From Paraphysomonas bandaiensis (Eukaryota; Protista; Chrysophyceae): 11,182 bases of DNA. A model generated the notes under the pieces. It made no database searches, was not told the DNA's origin, and saw only the letters and a program-made list of their open reading frames with translations. Within the stretch, counting starts at the first letter, position 1; every line of letters starts with the position of its first letter. The translations under genes were made by a program, and so were the position numbers. The stretch lies in NCBI GenBank assembly GCA_965644295.1, contig CBFFRP010000659.1, positions 1 to 11,182 on the forward strand. The letters are read 5' to 3'. Positions 1 to 8,238 of the stretch are shown here, piece by piece.

Positions 1-232
1 AAGAACGTATTATTTTAACTAGGAATGTATCTCTACCATTAAGGTTTCATTGAAAATAATCCATGGTGTTTTGAGTTTTCAGTTTTCAGTATACGACAAG
101 CACATTTTTCAGTTAATAATGAAATTTGTGTACAATCAAGGTGAGTATGATCAGTGTGCTATCTGCTATATACTGGTATGTTTAAATAAAAAGTTGTATA
201 CTTCGTTCTACTTTAATAAACTATTCCTCTCC

Positions 233-1767
233 TTAATAATCTTTAACTTTCTTTACTCTCCATAAGTCTGGCCACATCGTCTCCACCATGCCGTCTTTAC
301 AGAGCTTCTCTAAGTGATGAAGAGTATTCCATTGTGCAGAAACTTTGACATGCACGGGCAAATTGGGATAGACCGCAGTCATTACTTCCCAAGAGGAATT
401 CCATATATTATTGGAACCAACCAAAAAGTCACGGATTTGAGTTTCTCGTAGATTTCTGTGATGAACATACTCGTCTATTTTTTCCACCGCACTATCGGAA
501 ATCACTGGACCATGGCCAGGGTATATACGACGAACCACGCTGCTCACAGAATCATTGGTTGTAAAAAGTGATCGAAGAAGTGCTAAAGACTTCATGTAGG
601 TGTGTAAATCATCAAATACAGCCGTACCACACCCTAACACGCAGTCACCACTGAGCAATGCTTCGTCCTCCTGTGAGAGAATATGTCATACTCGTAAGTA
701 TAGGTCACATGTACATATCATCGTTGACTACAATTATACAGCTATCTGTACAACATACCAAAATATGGATATATAATCATACAGTGTGTGAAATGCGCCG
801 TGAGTAGAACACGACATATAGCTTCTTATACCTTGAGAACAAACGCCACATGATCATCCGTGTGACCTGGTGTATAGACAGCCTGTACTGTTGCCCCTTC
901 CACTTCATATACCGCTCTATCTTCAATATGCTCTGCTTCAAATCCCTTACATGGATACGATCCATGCGGGACATTTTTCTTGTGAATAGTGGGTAGGTTC
1001 ATGTTTCTAACTTTACATTGAGCTAATATAGATTTAACTCCCCCCTGATGATCCATGTGGCCATGGGTCAGCAAGATGTGCTTGATGGCAGTAGTCCCAG
1101 TGGTTGGAAATACCACGTCGAATAAGTGGTCAACGTACTTTTCAGACGTAACATCCTCCCCTACATCGTTTTCAAAGATTCATTATTAAAACCGCAAGCA
1201 ACCAGTGAATATGGTAAATTATTGAGATCAGCCACGAGAAATATATTGCTACTCGTTTAAAGACATAAAGCATAGAAAACTTACCAGTATCTACAAGTAT
1301 CTTCTCATGCGATGTACCCAGGAGGTAGGTATTCGTGCCTTGTAAAGTGTGAGATCCAGGATTGAGGCCTAGTACACGAACCGCTCGACAAGATACAGCC
1401 TCTGGATAAAACATTATCATGTATATTACATAATAATTGACATATATTTAATAAAAAACTCATGTACACATATACATATACACATACATACACATATATA
1501 TACACATACATTCATACGTATACTATGCGGCTAATAAACCTTATACATCTAATACACACCAACAGTATCAAGATGAGGTAATCCTGGTGGTAATTTTCTA
1601 TCTGTTGTACTTCTTCCAAGTAAATGTAGTAATTTATTTGATCGATATGCTTTACTAGCTTGTATTATAGTATATGACCATAGACCATTCATACGATACC
1701 TTAATACGGTAAAAGACATCACAAGCAGCACTATAAGAAACCCTAATATATAAAACAATGCAATCAT
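233..1767 (-). CDS. LACTB2: LACTB2-like metallo-beta-lactamase-fold protein (putative endoribonuclease), 4 exons: 1767-1560, 1401-1285, 1160-832, 670-233; 363 aa
   Basis: Three GT..AG introns (1559-1402, 1284-1161, 831-671) join the ORF fragments in frame (1092 nt including the stop). The spliced product reads [36 protein letters not shown]...ILVDTGED...[13 protein letters not shown] (HxHxDH)...YTPGHTDDH...LLSGDCVLG...IYPGHGP...[10 protein letters not shown]...[10 protein letters not shown]. These are the LACTB2-family motifs plus the C-terminal winged-helix-like region. Exon 1 and the start codon are the least certain part. Confidence 0.9.
1464..1515. repeat. (TA/CA)n microsatellite in LACTB2-like intron 1
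   Basis: GTACACATATACATATACACATACATACACATATATATACACATACATTCAT lies inside the predicted intron 1402-1559. Confidence 0.85.
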
Positions 1768-1880
1768 ATAGATAAATAGTGAGAGGGAGGGATTTGAAGG
1801 TGTTCCCAGTAATGTTTATGATTGTAATTATGAAGAGTGTGTGTACTCCTATATGCATATATATATATTTCCATACTATA

Positions 1881-2056
1881 CATTGCTGTATGTGGATGAT
1901 TACGTATTTTCCCTTATATTATGCTCACATATCTATAGATACTGGAAAATTCATATTCCATTCTCTATATTTCTGTTTTCACTATGGAAAAACCCTACTT
2001 TTGTATTTTATATATGAAAACGTGTGGTTTCTGTGTTCTTTTCTGCTGGGTTCCTA
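1881..2056 (+). repeat. Dispersed repeat B, copy 1 (~175 bp)
   Basis: Matches 6488-6784 in the same orientation. The 46-nt core TTATATTATGCTCACATATCTATAGATACTGGAAAATTCATATTCC is identical at 1914-1959 and 6679-6724. ATATGAAAACGTGTGGTTTCTGT and TTTCTGCTGGGTT are also shared. Confidence 0.85.
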
Positions 2057-2061
2057 ATTTT

Positions 2062-2207
2062 CGTATCGGCATCCTCTGTATATTTTTGTTCCAAGATGCC
2101 TCTAATATTGAGACAACAATTATCTGTGTTCTATCCGTAGTTATATTGCAGTAATATATAGTATATTCGCTTCAATTTAATCCCGAAACATTCTGACTGC
2201 CGATTGC
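2062..2207 (+). mobile_element. ~150-bp MITE-like repeat A, copy 1
   Basis: Starts CGTATCGGCATCC, contains the core GATGCCTCTAATATTGAGACAACAATTAT, and ends CTGACTGCCGAT (right TIR partly decayed). Confidence 0.75.
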
Positions 2208-2265
2208 AAAGTCTACTTTTTTACAAAAAAACGATGATCATGACCATGAAATTGCGCGCTAATAG

Positions 2266-2416
2266 CGTATCGGCATCCTTTGTGTATTTTTGTTCAAATA
2301 TGCCTCTAATATTGAGACAACAATTATGTGTGTTCCAGCCGTATTTATACTGCAGTTATAAAGAGGATTTCTGCTTCATTTTATTACCGAAAAAGAAGAT
2401 GCTGACTGCCGATACG
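2266..2416 (+). mobile_element. ~150-bp MITE-like repeat A, copy 2 (perfect 10-bp TIRs)
   Basis: CGTATCGGCA (2266-2275) and TGCCGATACG (2407-2416) are perfect inverted repeats. The internal sequence is collinear with copy 1. Confidence 0.8.
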
Positions 2417-3880
2417 AGAGCGATATCGCTCTGATTATGTAGCTAGTACATAACTCTGATATGGCTCTACGAAAGCTGCTTGTGCGTCACTGCAAGCACC
2501 AAGATGCAATCACTTCCGCTTTCTTTCCTCTTAAAGTGAACAGCCCGGATGCTTGACTTCAGCAGGCAGCTCAATACGCCTGATGTCCTTGAAGTAGGCC
2601 CATTCCCGGATGTCTGTTGATTCTTCAAGGCCCAAAACAACGTCAACACAAGTGTCACTTATTCATATCCCTTGTATCACACAAGAATTAGGCGATGTGT
2701 GGGCAGAATATTATCTGCTGACTATATATGCGGCTCACGTTAGTTTCCCGGTGAAATATCTCCGCTACTTATCCCCCAGAACACCACGAAAAGGTGCGAG
2801 TCCGACTTTGTTGAGGGTAACTGCTCATATAATACTCCTTAACATCATATAAACTTATTGTATCATTACTCTTTCCGTATACTTCTCTTAGCCCACACAC
2901 CAAGCTTGCTTCGAAGCTCCACAATCCGAAGCATTTATAATACGCTCTTCAACTGACTTAATTCGGAGCCCCATATTGAATATGCAACTCACAGAGGGAT
3001 TGAGTATATCCATAGTTCTGCATATATAACTGCAGACATTTGTGTTCAGGATGTACTACCAGCATCACCTGAAGATCGCTTCATATGCTGTTCTGAGGGT
3101 GATGCAGACAGAATTGTGTGTACATGTTGTTACTGCATAAGTCTCTCTCCTTTTCACCTACTGTCTCTTCGTCGTAAACAACACGTGCAACAGACCGGCA
3201 TCAATATACACATTGCAGATAGAGAATCTGGATGACGTATCTTGCATGGTTGAGGAATACTATCTATGATGAGCTTGAGGCTATTGTATGATCATGAGTG
3301 ACCGCTAGCCCAAACTGTTGCAGAGTTCAGCTATTTTATCAGCTCGTATCTCGTATCGTGTGGACGAGGGGGCTTTATCGTTAGAACTACACGTGAGTTG
3401 TTGTTTGGAAGAAGGTGTAATAGTAGCCTTGAGGTCACTTGTTACTGCCATGATAGCATGTTGTGAATATGACTAATGATTATACACGATGGTGGTACGA
3501 AAACACTTGCGACCCATTACAATGGGGCAGGTGACTCTATAATAGCGACGCCGGTTATCATGTGTCTACAACTGAGTCTAGTGAGACTAGTGGTAAAAAT
3601 CAAATTATATGTAGGGTGTGTAGACGTGTAGACTAGTGTGTCCACTCGTTGTATCCAGTGGAAAGAGTTCTTGATATGCATGTTTTTGCTGATGATGCAT
3701 CTGTTTCACGACTGGCTATGTTGTGTTTGCTTCGGGTGGACGTCTCACCTTGCACTCCATATTACAAGTTTCGTATCGATCTCACCAATGCAGAGGGAAT
3801 ATCAGGCTATGTGTTCTGGTATATCCAGGAACTGGTGTAGCATTGGGGGGTGCTGAGTTCTGCTTTTTGAGAGCAATTCG

Positions 3881-4551
3881 AAGCTGCAGTATAAGGTATT
3901 TAAATTATAACCGTTACGAGTAGTATACAGTTGTGGTTAACTGTATTATAATAGTTAATATCATGACGATAAGTATATAGTAGTGAAACGGAATATAGTG
4001 ACCATGCAAGTTAGTGACAACATAAGATCGCACGAGAAATGAGTGGTGTAGTAGAAATGGTGGTGAATAATAAGATATATTGTTTGTATATTTAATATCA
4101 GCATAGAGTAAAAGCGTTGTTCACTAGTTATGTCATTTTACGAGTACAATATACTTAACTGAAGAGGTAAACTTTCACTCAATGCTGATATTTATAAATT
4201 AAAATCAATATTATTCATCTTTCACCTATTTCATGATAGCTCTACTACCAATCATTTCTCGTACGATCTTACATCGTTACTTTCTCTTAGGGCTACTATA
4301 TCTTTCCGTTTCACTACTATATTTATCGTCATGGTATATTAGTTCTCATACTACTGCTAACCACTACTGCACAGGGCCTGGTAACCATTAATGGTAATGC
4401 CATTATAATTGCCGGGACATTTTTAATTAATGCCATTAAAATTGCGGGGAACTGGACTACCATTAATGGGCCATTAATGGTTACCAGGCCCTGCTACAGC
4501 ATACTTCTCTTAACGGTTATTATTTAAGTATCTTATACCTACAGGCAGCTT
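3881..4551. repeat. Long imperfect fold-back (near-spacerless palindrome), arms ~260 bp, centre ~4143
   Basis: Inverted matches: 3890-3916 with 4511-4537; ATATAGTAGTGAAACGGAA 3975-3993 with 4304-4322 (19/19); TAAGATCGCACGAGAAATGA 4023-4042 with 4252-4271 (19/20); AATATCAGCATAGAGT 4094-4109 with 4177-4192 (15/16). Confidence 0.85.
4372..4493. mobile_element. 122-bp non-autonomous hAT-type MITE
   Basis: Perfect 23-bp TIRs CAGGGCCTGGTAACCATTAATGG (4372-4394 / 4471-4493). The 8-bp TSD is CTACTGCA (4364-4371) / CTACAGCA (4494-4501), with one mismatch. A CAGGG terminus plus 8-bp TSD is typical of the hAT superfamily. Confidence 0.9.
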
Positions 4552-5136
4552 AATGCAGATTTAGTAATACTAAGAAGAATGTTGTGATTATCAGAGTGTA
4601 AAGTGATGAACACAGTAATGTAATAAAGTGAATAATTATGCAGAACAGAGCTAGTATCACACATAACGGAATAGTGAGAAGTATAACTGAAATGACTATT
4701 ATTATGACGATCAAGTATCTTCTACAGATACTTCAATTAATTCAGATCATGATATATTTCATTGCACATTGTATTTCACATATACTATCTTATATTAAGA
4801 TGAATCCTATTAAGTTCTCAATTGCTTGCACACAGCAAAACTCAACACTGAGTGCAACTAAATTACCTTAGCATACAGCTTTTGATAGATCAAAGTAGCA
4901 ATACTCGACAATACAATTTAACTATGGAATAAGAGTAACGTCCCTTGTCAAAATTTTAAATCTCGGAGTCATTGTCCTCATATCAAAATATTGATCGCCG
5001 GGAGATATAGCCTCTTTCTAGTCCGTGGATATATATATAACTATATATAATATAACTATATCACACATCATAGTACAAACATAGAGAAATAAAGTATCGG
5101 GAATTGCAGCACCCTAATGGTTATCTGTTACCATTT

Positions 5137-6102
5137 CTACTCAAGCTCAGAAGCTCTACTGCCTTGAGAAGGCGTATAAGGTGTACTCAAGGGTTTACAT
5201 TTAATTCGAAATGGGGGGTTGTTATCCATCTCGTATTCTCTAAGGACATCAACCAGTGGATTGTCGTATTCCCTCGGACTGGGAGCATGAATTCGCTCCG
5301 TAGAGGTGTTTGGGTTACGATCAATAAGGCTCCTTCCACCATTCCTCAAGGTTTTAAATACCCCTCGAGCGGAGTAGTTCGTAGTCTGCATATCTCTTAG
5401 CTCTTCCTTTATTGCAGCCAACCTGGAGGATAGCTCTTGCCTAAATATGACATCGTTATATCTTGAGCTGAGCACCCGTACATATGATGCCTCCATCTGG
5501 GCATTAGTTTGGCTGCGACAGTTGCAGATAGCACTCCAAAAGGCCTCACCACAGATCCGACGGCGAATAGTAGCCTGCAAAGATTTTACAGGAGAACATA
5601 GGGAAGGGTGGCCCTGGCACCATTGAGCAAACATGCTAGCAGTAATTGCCTCGCCGCTACTCAACAATAGTTCAGAAACAGCATGTATATTCGCATCGTC
5701 TTTTAAATTGTCTCCATGGATATCTACCAGCAATTTCCGCATATTAGTAGAAGTTAAGGAATTGGTATCGTCGTCGTCATATACAATGAATATGTATGGT
5801 GCCAATTCACAAGCCTCCAGTGATAAAAAACACCACAGCAAACATACAAATTGAGAAAAATTCAGACTTTTCTCATCAGTCACTGGAAAAAATCTTTGAG
5901 GACTGAATATTCTCTCCTCTAAATTTCCAGCCTGTAATCCCAATTGTGTAAATATATTCTGAATATCAACATCATCAGAGTGTAGAGAGCAGAGGCTGGT
6001 GAATACATCAAACAATAGATTGAGTTCAGAATATGATAATCCAATTTCTGATAGAAGGGTAGAATTGACTGAATCTATTGAAGAGCTTTGACAAGATCCC
6101 AT
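5137..6102 (-). CDS. Predicted N-myristoylated EF-hand (calcineurin B / recoverin-like) protein, 321 aa, intronless
   Basis: Longest ORF in the window. It begins MGSCQSS (MGxxxS myristoylation motif with a nearby Cys). It contains a helix-loop-helix pair, SLNFSQFVCLLWCF...YIFIVYDDDDTNSLTSTNMRKLLVDIHG, and a further EF-like segment, EAITASMFAQWC. The C-terminal tail is low-complexity. Confidence 0.75.
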   Translation of the reverse strand: MGSCQSSSIDSVNSTLLSEIGLSYSELNLLFDVFTSLCSLHSDDVDIQNIFTQLGLQAGNLEERIFSPQRFFPVTDEKSLNFSQFVCLLWCFLSLEACELAPYIFIVYDDDDTNSLTSTNMRKLLVDIHGDNLKDDANIHAVSELLLSSGEAITASMFAQWCQGHPSLCSPVKSLQATIRRRICGEAFWSAICNCRSQTNAQMEASYVRVLSSRYNDVIFRQELSSRLAAIKEELRDMQTTNYSARGVFKTLRNGGRSLIDRNPNTSTERIHAPSPREYDNPLVDVLREYEMDNNPPFRIKCKPLSTPYTPSQGSRASELE

Positions 6103-6196
6103 TTGTATGAATATCTATAGTTTAATGTATGTTTATCTGTTTATTGCTCTAATCATGTGGATTGAACTAAAGAATCTATTAAACATCCACATCATA

Positions 6197-6348
6197 CATA
6201 TTGACATTCTTTGTGTATATTCGTTTAAAGATGCCTCTAATATTGAGACAATAATTATGTGTATTCCAGCTGTAGTTGTATGTAGGTACTATAAAAGTAT
6301 TTTTGCTTCAATATATTTCCGAATAATAAGATGCTGACTGCCTATACG
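6197..6348 (+). mobile_element. ~150-bp MITE-like repeat A, copy 3
   Basis: Decayed TIRs CATATTGACA / TGCCTATACG and core GATGCCTCTAATATTGAGACAATAATTAT. Flanked by TA on both sides (6195-6196, 6349-6350). Confidence 0.75.
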
Positions 6349-6487
6349 TAATCAATCGAAGAAAGAATTCCCTTTCATTTATCTAACAAATAATATTACA
6401 GTATTGTCAAATAAATGCCTCTGATTTGCTCAAAAAATGTGGACCAGATTGGTCCATATTCTGTCTGTATATTTCTGTGCTCCTGTA

Positions 6488-6784
6488 CATTGCAGTATGT
6501 GATGACTACGTAATTTCTATCAGCATCTTATTTTTCGGGAATAAATTGAAGCTAATATACTCTATATTACTGATATACAACTACGGCTGGAATACAGATA
6601 ATTGTTGTTTCAATATTAGAGGCATCTTGGTACAAAAATACACAAAGGATGCTGATACGTATATTTACGTATTTTCCTTTATATTATGCTCACATATCTA
6701 TAGATACTGGAAAATTCATATTCCCTCTATATTTCTGCATATGAAAACGTGTGGTTTCTGTATCTTTCTGCTGGGTTACTCCTA
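6488..6784 (+). repeat. Dispersed repeat B, copy 2 (interrupted by repeat A copy 4; ~40-bp internal deletion)
   Basis: 6488-6517 matches 1881-1911 and 6666-6784 matches 1901-2056. The intervening sequence is an inverted repeat-A copy. Confidence 0.8.
6509..6659 (-). mobile_element. ~150-bp MITE-like repeat A, copy 4 (inverted, one end degenerate or truncated)
   Basis: Reverse-complement core ATAATTGTTGTTTCAATATTAGAGGCATC. Ends GGATGCTGATACG at 6659. The left boundary is uncertain (6509-6520). Confidence 0.7.
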
Positions 6785-6891
6785 TCCGGATCCTACGAAT
6801 TTTCTTGGTATTGGTATTCGGTATTAGAAGTGAGATGTACATACTGTACATCAGTATCATCATAATCGCCTTCACTTCTTCACTTGCTTCT

Positions 6892-7041
6892 CGTATCGGC
6901 AGTCAGAATCTTTTTCTCGGGAATACATTGAAGCAAATATACTCTATATTACTGAAATACAACTACAACAAGAATACAGATAATTATTGTTTCAATATTA
7001 GAGGCATCTTTGAACAAAAATATACAAAGGATGCTCATACG
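6892..7041 (-). mobile_element. ~150-bp MITE-like repeat A, copy 5 (inverted)
   Basis: Begins CGTATCGGCAGTCAG, has the core ATAATTATTGTTTCAATATTAGAGGCATC, and ends GGATGCTCATACG. It is flanked by CTTCA-rich tracts on both sides. Confidence 0.8.
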
Positions 7042-7086
7042 CCTAGACTTCACTTCACTTCTCTTCACTTCTATATATAGATATAT

Positions 7087-7226
7087 ATGATGATGGATGA
7101 TATTGTTATAGCTGCTGGTAAAGGTGATTTGAATGGTGTGAGGAGGTATGTTGAGAGGGGTGATAATTTCAATACGTATTTTTTGGTATTAACCATACAC
7201 ACATATACATATATACACACATATAC

Positions 7227-7287
<61 letters not shown>

Positions 7288-7605
7288 GAGTGTTATAGGG
7301 GCTCATATGATATTATTGTTATTGTTTTATAGGGTGGTGGGACAGCTCTTCACTGGGCTGTCTCTAGAGATCACAGAGATATAGCTGAGTATCTTATAAG
7401 TAGAGAAGCAGATAGAAATATACAAGACAAAGTAAGTAATCCCTCTATATACATACATATAGAGTGTTATAGGGGCTCGTATAATATACTTGTTATTGTT
7501 TTATAGTAGGGTCGTACGGCTCTTCACTATGCTGCCTCTAAAGGTCGCAGAGATACAGCTGAGTATCTCATAAGTAGAGGAGCAGATATGAGTATACAAG
7601 AAAAT
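7087..7605 (+). pseudogene. Ankyrin-repeat gene, truncated or possibly pseudogenic; exons 7087-7185, 7333-7431, 7507(or 7510)-7605
   Basis: Spliced translation: MMMDDIVIAAGKGDLNGVRRYVERGDNFNTYFL|GGGTALHWAVSRDHRDIAEYLISREADRNIQDK|(*)GRTALHYAASKGRRDTAEYLISRGADMSIQEN, which fits the ankyrin consensus GxTALHxA...GADxNxxD. Donors are GTAAGT at 7432 and 7606; acceptors are TTTTATAG. No fourth exon is visible. The first codon of exon 3 is TAG unless the second AG is used. Confidence 0.8.
7195..7286. repeat. (AT)n/(AC)n microsatellite in ankyrin intron 1
   Basis: Long perfect AT run at ~7238-7282, preceded by CA/TA variants. Confidence 0.95.
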
Positions 7606-8130
7606 GTAAGTAATCCCTCTATATACATATATATATACAGTGTTAACGGAGCCACTCACGTTAATGGAGGAGAAGGCCTACAGATAGGTTGTGAAGAAGT
7701 ACTGGAAGGCGAATGCCATAGCATATTCGTATTGTAGGGAAGCAGTGCAATCTTCTTCAAAGGCGCTTCAAAAGTTTCATCTGTTGCATAAAGGGTTCAA
7801 GGCCCTTTCCAACAGTTCCCTGTGATATTTATGGCTGTAATATTAAGAGTATACTCTCCTTTATGGTGTATGCATATATTAACATACTACGAATACACAG
7901 CAGCATGTGAATGATTTTCAATATGCTCCACTATTGATAGAGAAAAGTAGCAAAAAGTAATCAAGATGCATATCTTTTACCCTAGGAAAGATACCCACCC
8001 AAGATACACCTTCTAACACTCATCTTGGTTGCACCATATAATGCACTTATAGCACCAATAGGTAGAAGGCAACTAACCTACAGGTCAAACCTACGGCAGA
8101 GGTACTAATAGGTATGAGGATATATTATTC

Positions 8131-8238
8131 AACCTAGTCAATTTGGTGGAATTTCCTAGTCATTCCATTTTCGGTGTAAAAACCTAGTCAAAGCAATAAA
8201 TGACTCAACCTAGCCAATTATAGTATTAAACCTAGTCG
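8131..8238 (+). repeat. Array of five (AA)CCTAGTC(A) motifs
   Basis: CCTAG(T/C)C starts at 8133, 8155, 8183, 8209 and 8231 (spacing 22, 28, 26, 22 bp) with unrelated spacers. Confidence 0.7.

Noticed and set aside
50-265. 71-aa + strand ORF
   Set aside because: AT-rich 3' flank of the LACTB2-like gene, TTG start, no motif.
1305-1511. ORFs rich in YV/YI dipeptides (also 7071-7286 and the tail of 7087-7332)
   Set aside because: These are translations of intronic microsatellites.
1779-2434. Hydrophobic ORFs at 1779-2057 and 2204-2434 (also 6107-6337, 6426-6827, 6751-7080)
   Set aside because: Chance frames through repeats A and B. Their mutual similarity is at the DNA level and the frames are not conserved across copies.
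2467-3240. More GC-balanced stretch with protein-like minus-strand fragments (e.g. VVLGLEESTDIREWAYFKDIRRIELP)
   Set aside because: Many stops and no recognisable family or consistent exon chain. It may be a decayed gene, but that needs BLASTX.
3570-3840. Small hairpin AGTCT-AGTG-AGACT next to CTAGT (Helitron 3' end?) and a 63-aa ORF with a vaguely OB-fold-like YKFRIDL
   Set aside because: The hairpin is too short, AT-rich and wrongly spaced, and the peptide similarity is too weak to support.
4660-4720. Possible third degenerate copy of the fold-back arm (AACGGAATAGTGA, ATGACGATCAAGTAT)
   Set aside because: Only short patchy matches in AT-rich DNA; not confidently alignable.
7636-7650. TA|CAGTG as a Tc1/mariner left end
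   Set aside because: Equally explained by the ankyrin intron sequence (TAGAGTGTTA), and no matching right TIR was found.
8131-8238. CRISPR-like repeat-spacer array
   Set aside because: Repeats are only 7-10 bp with spacers under 20 bp, the context is eukaryotic, and there are no cas genes.
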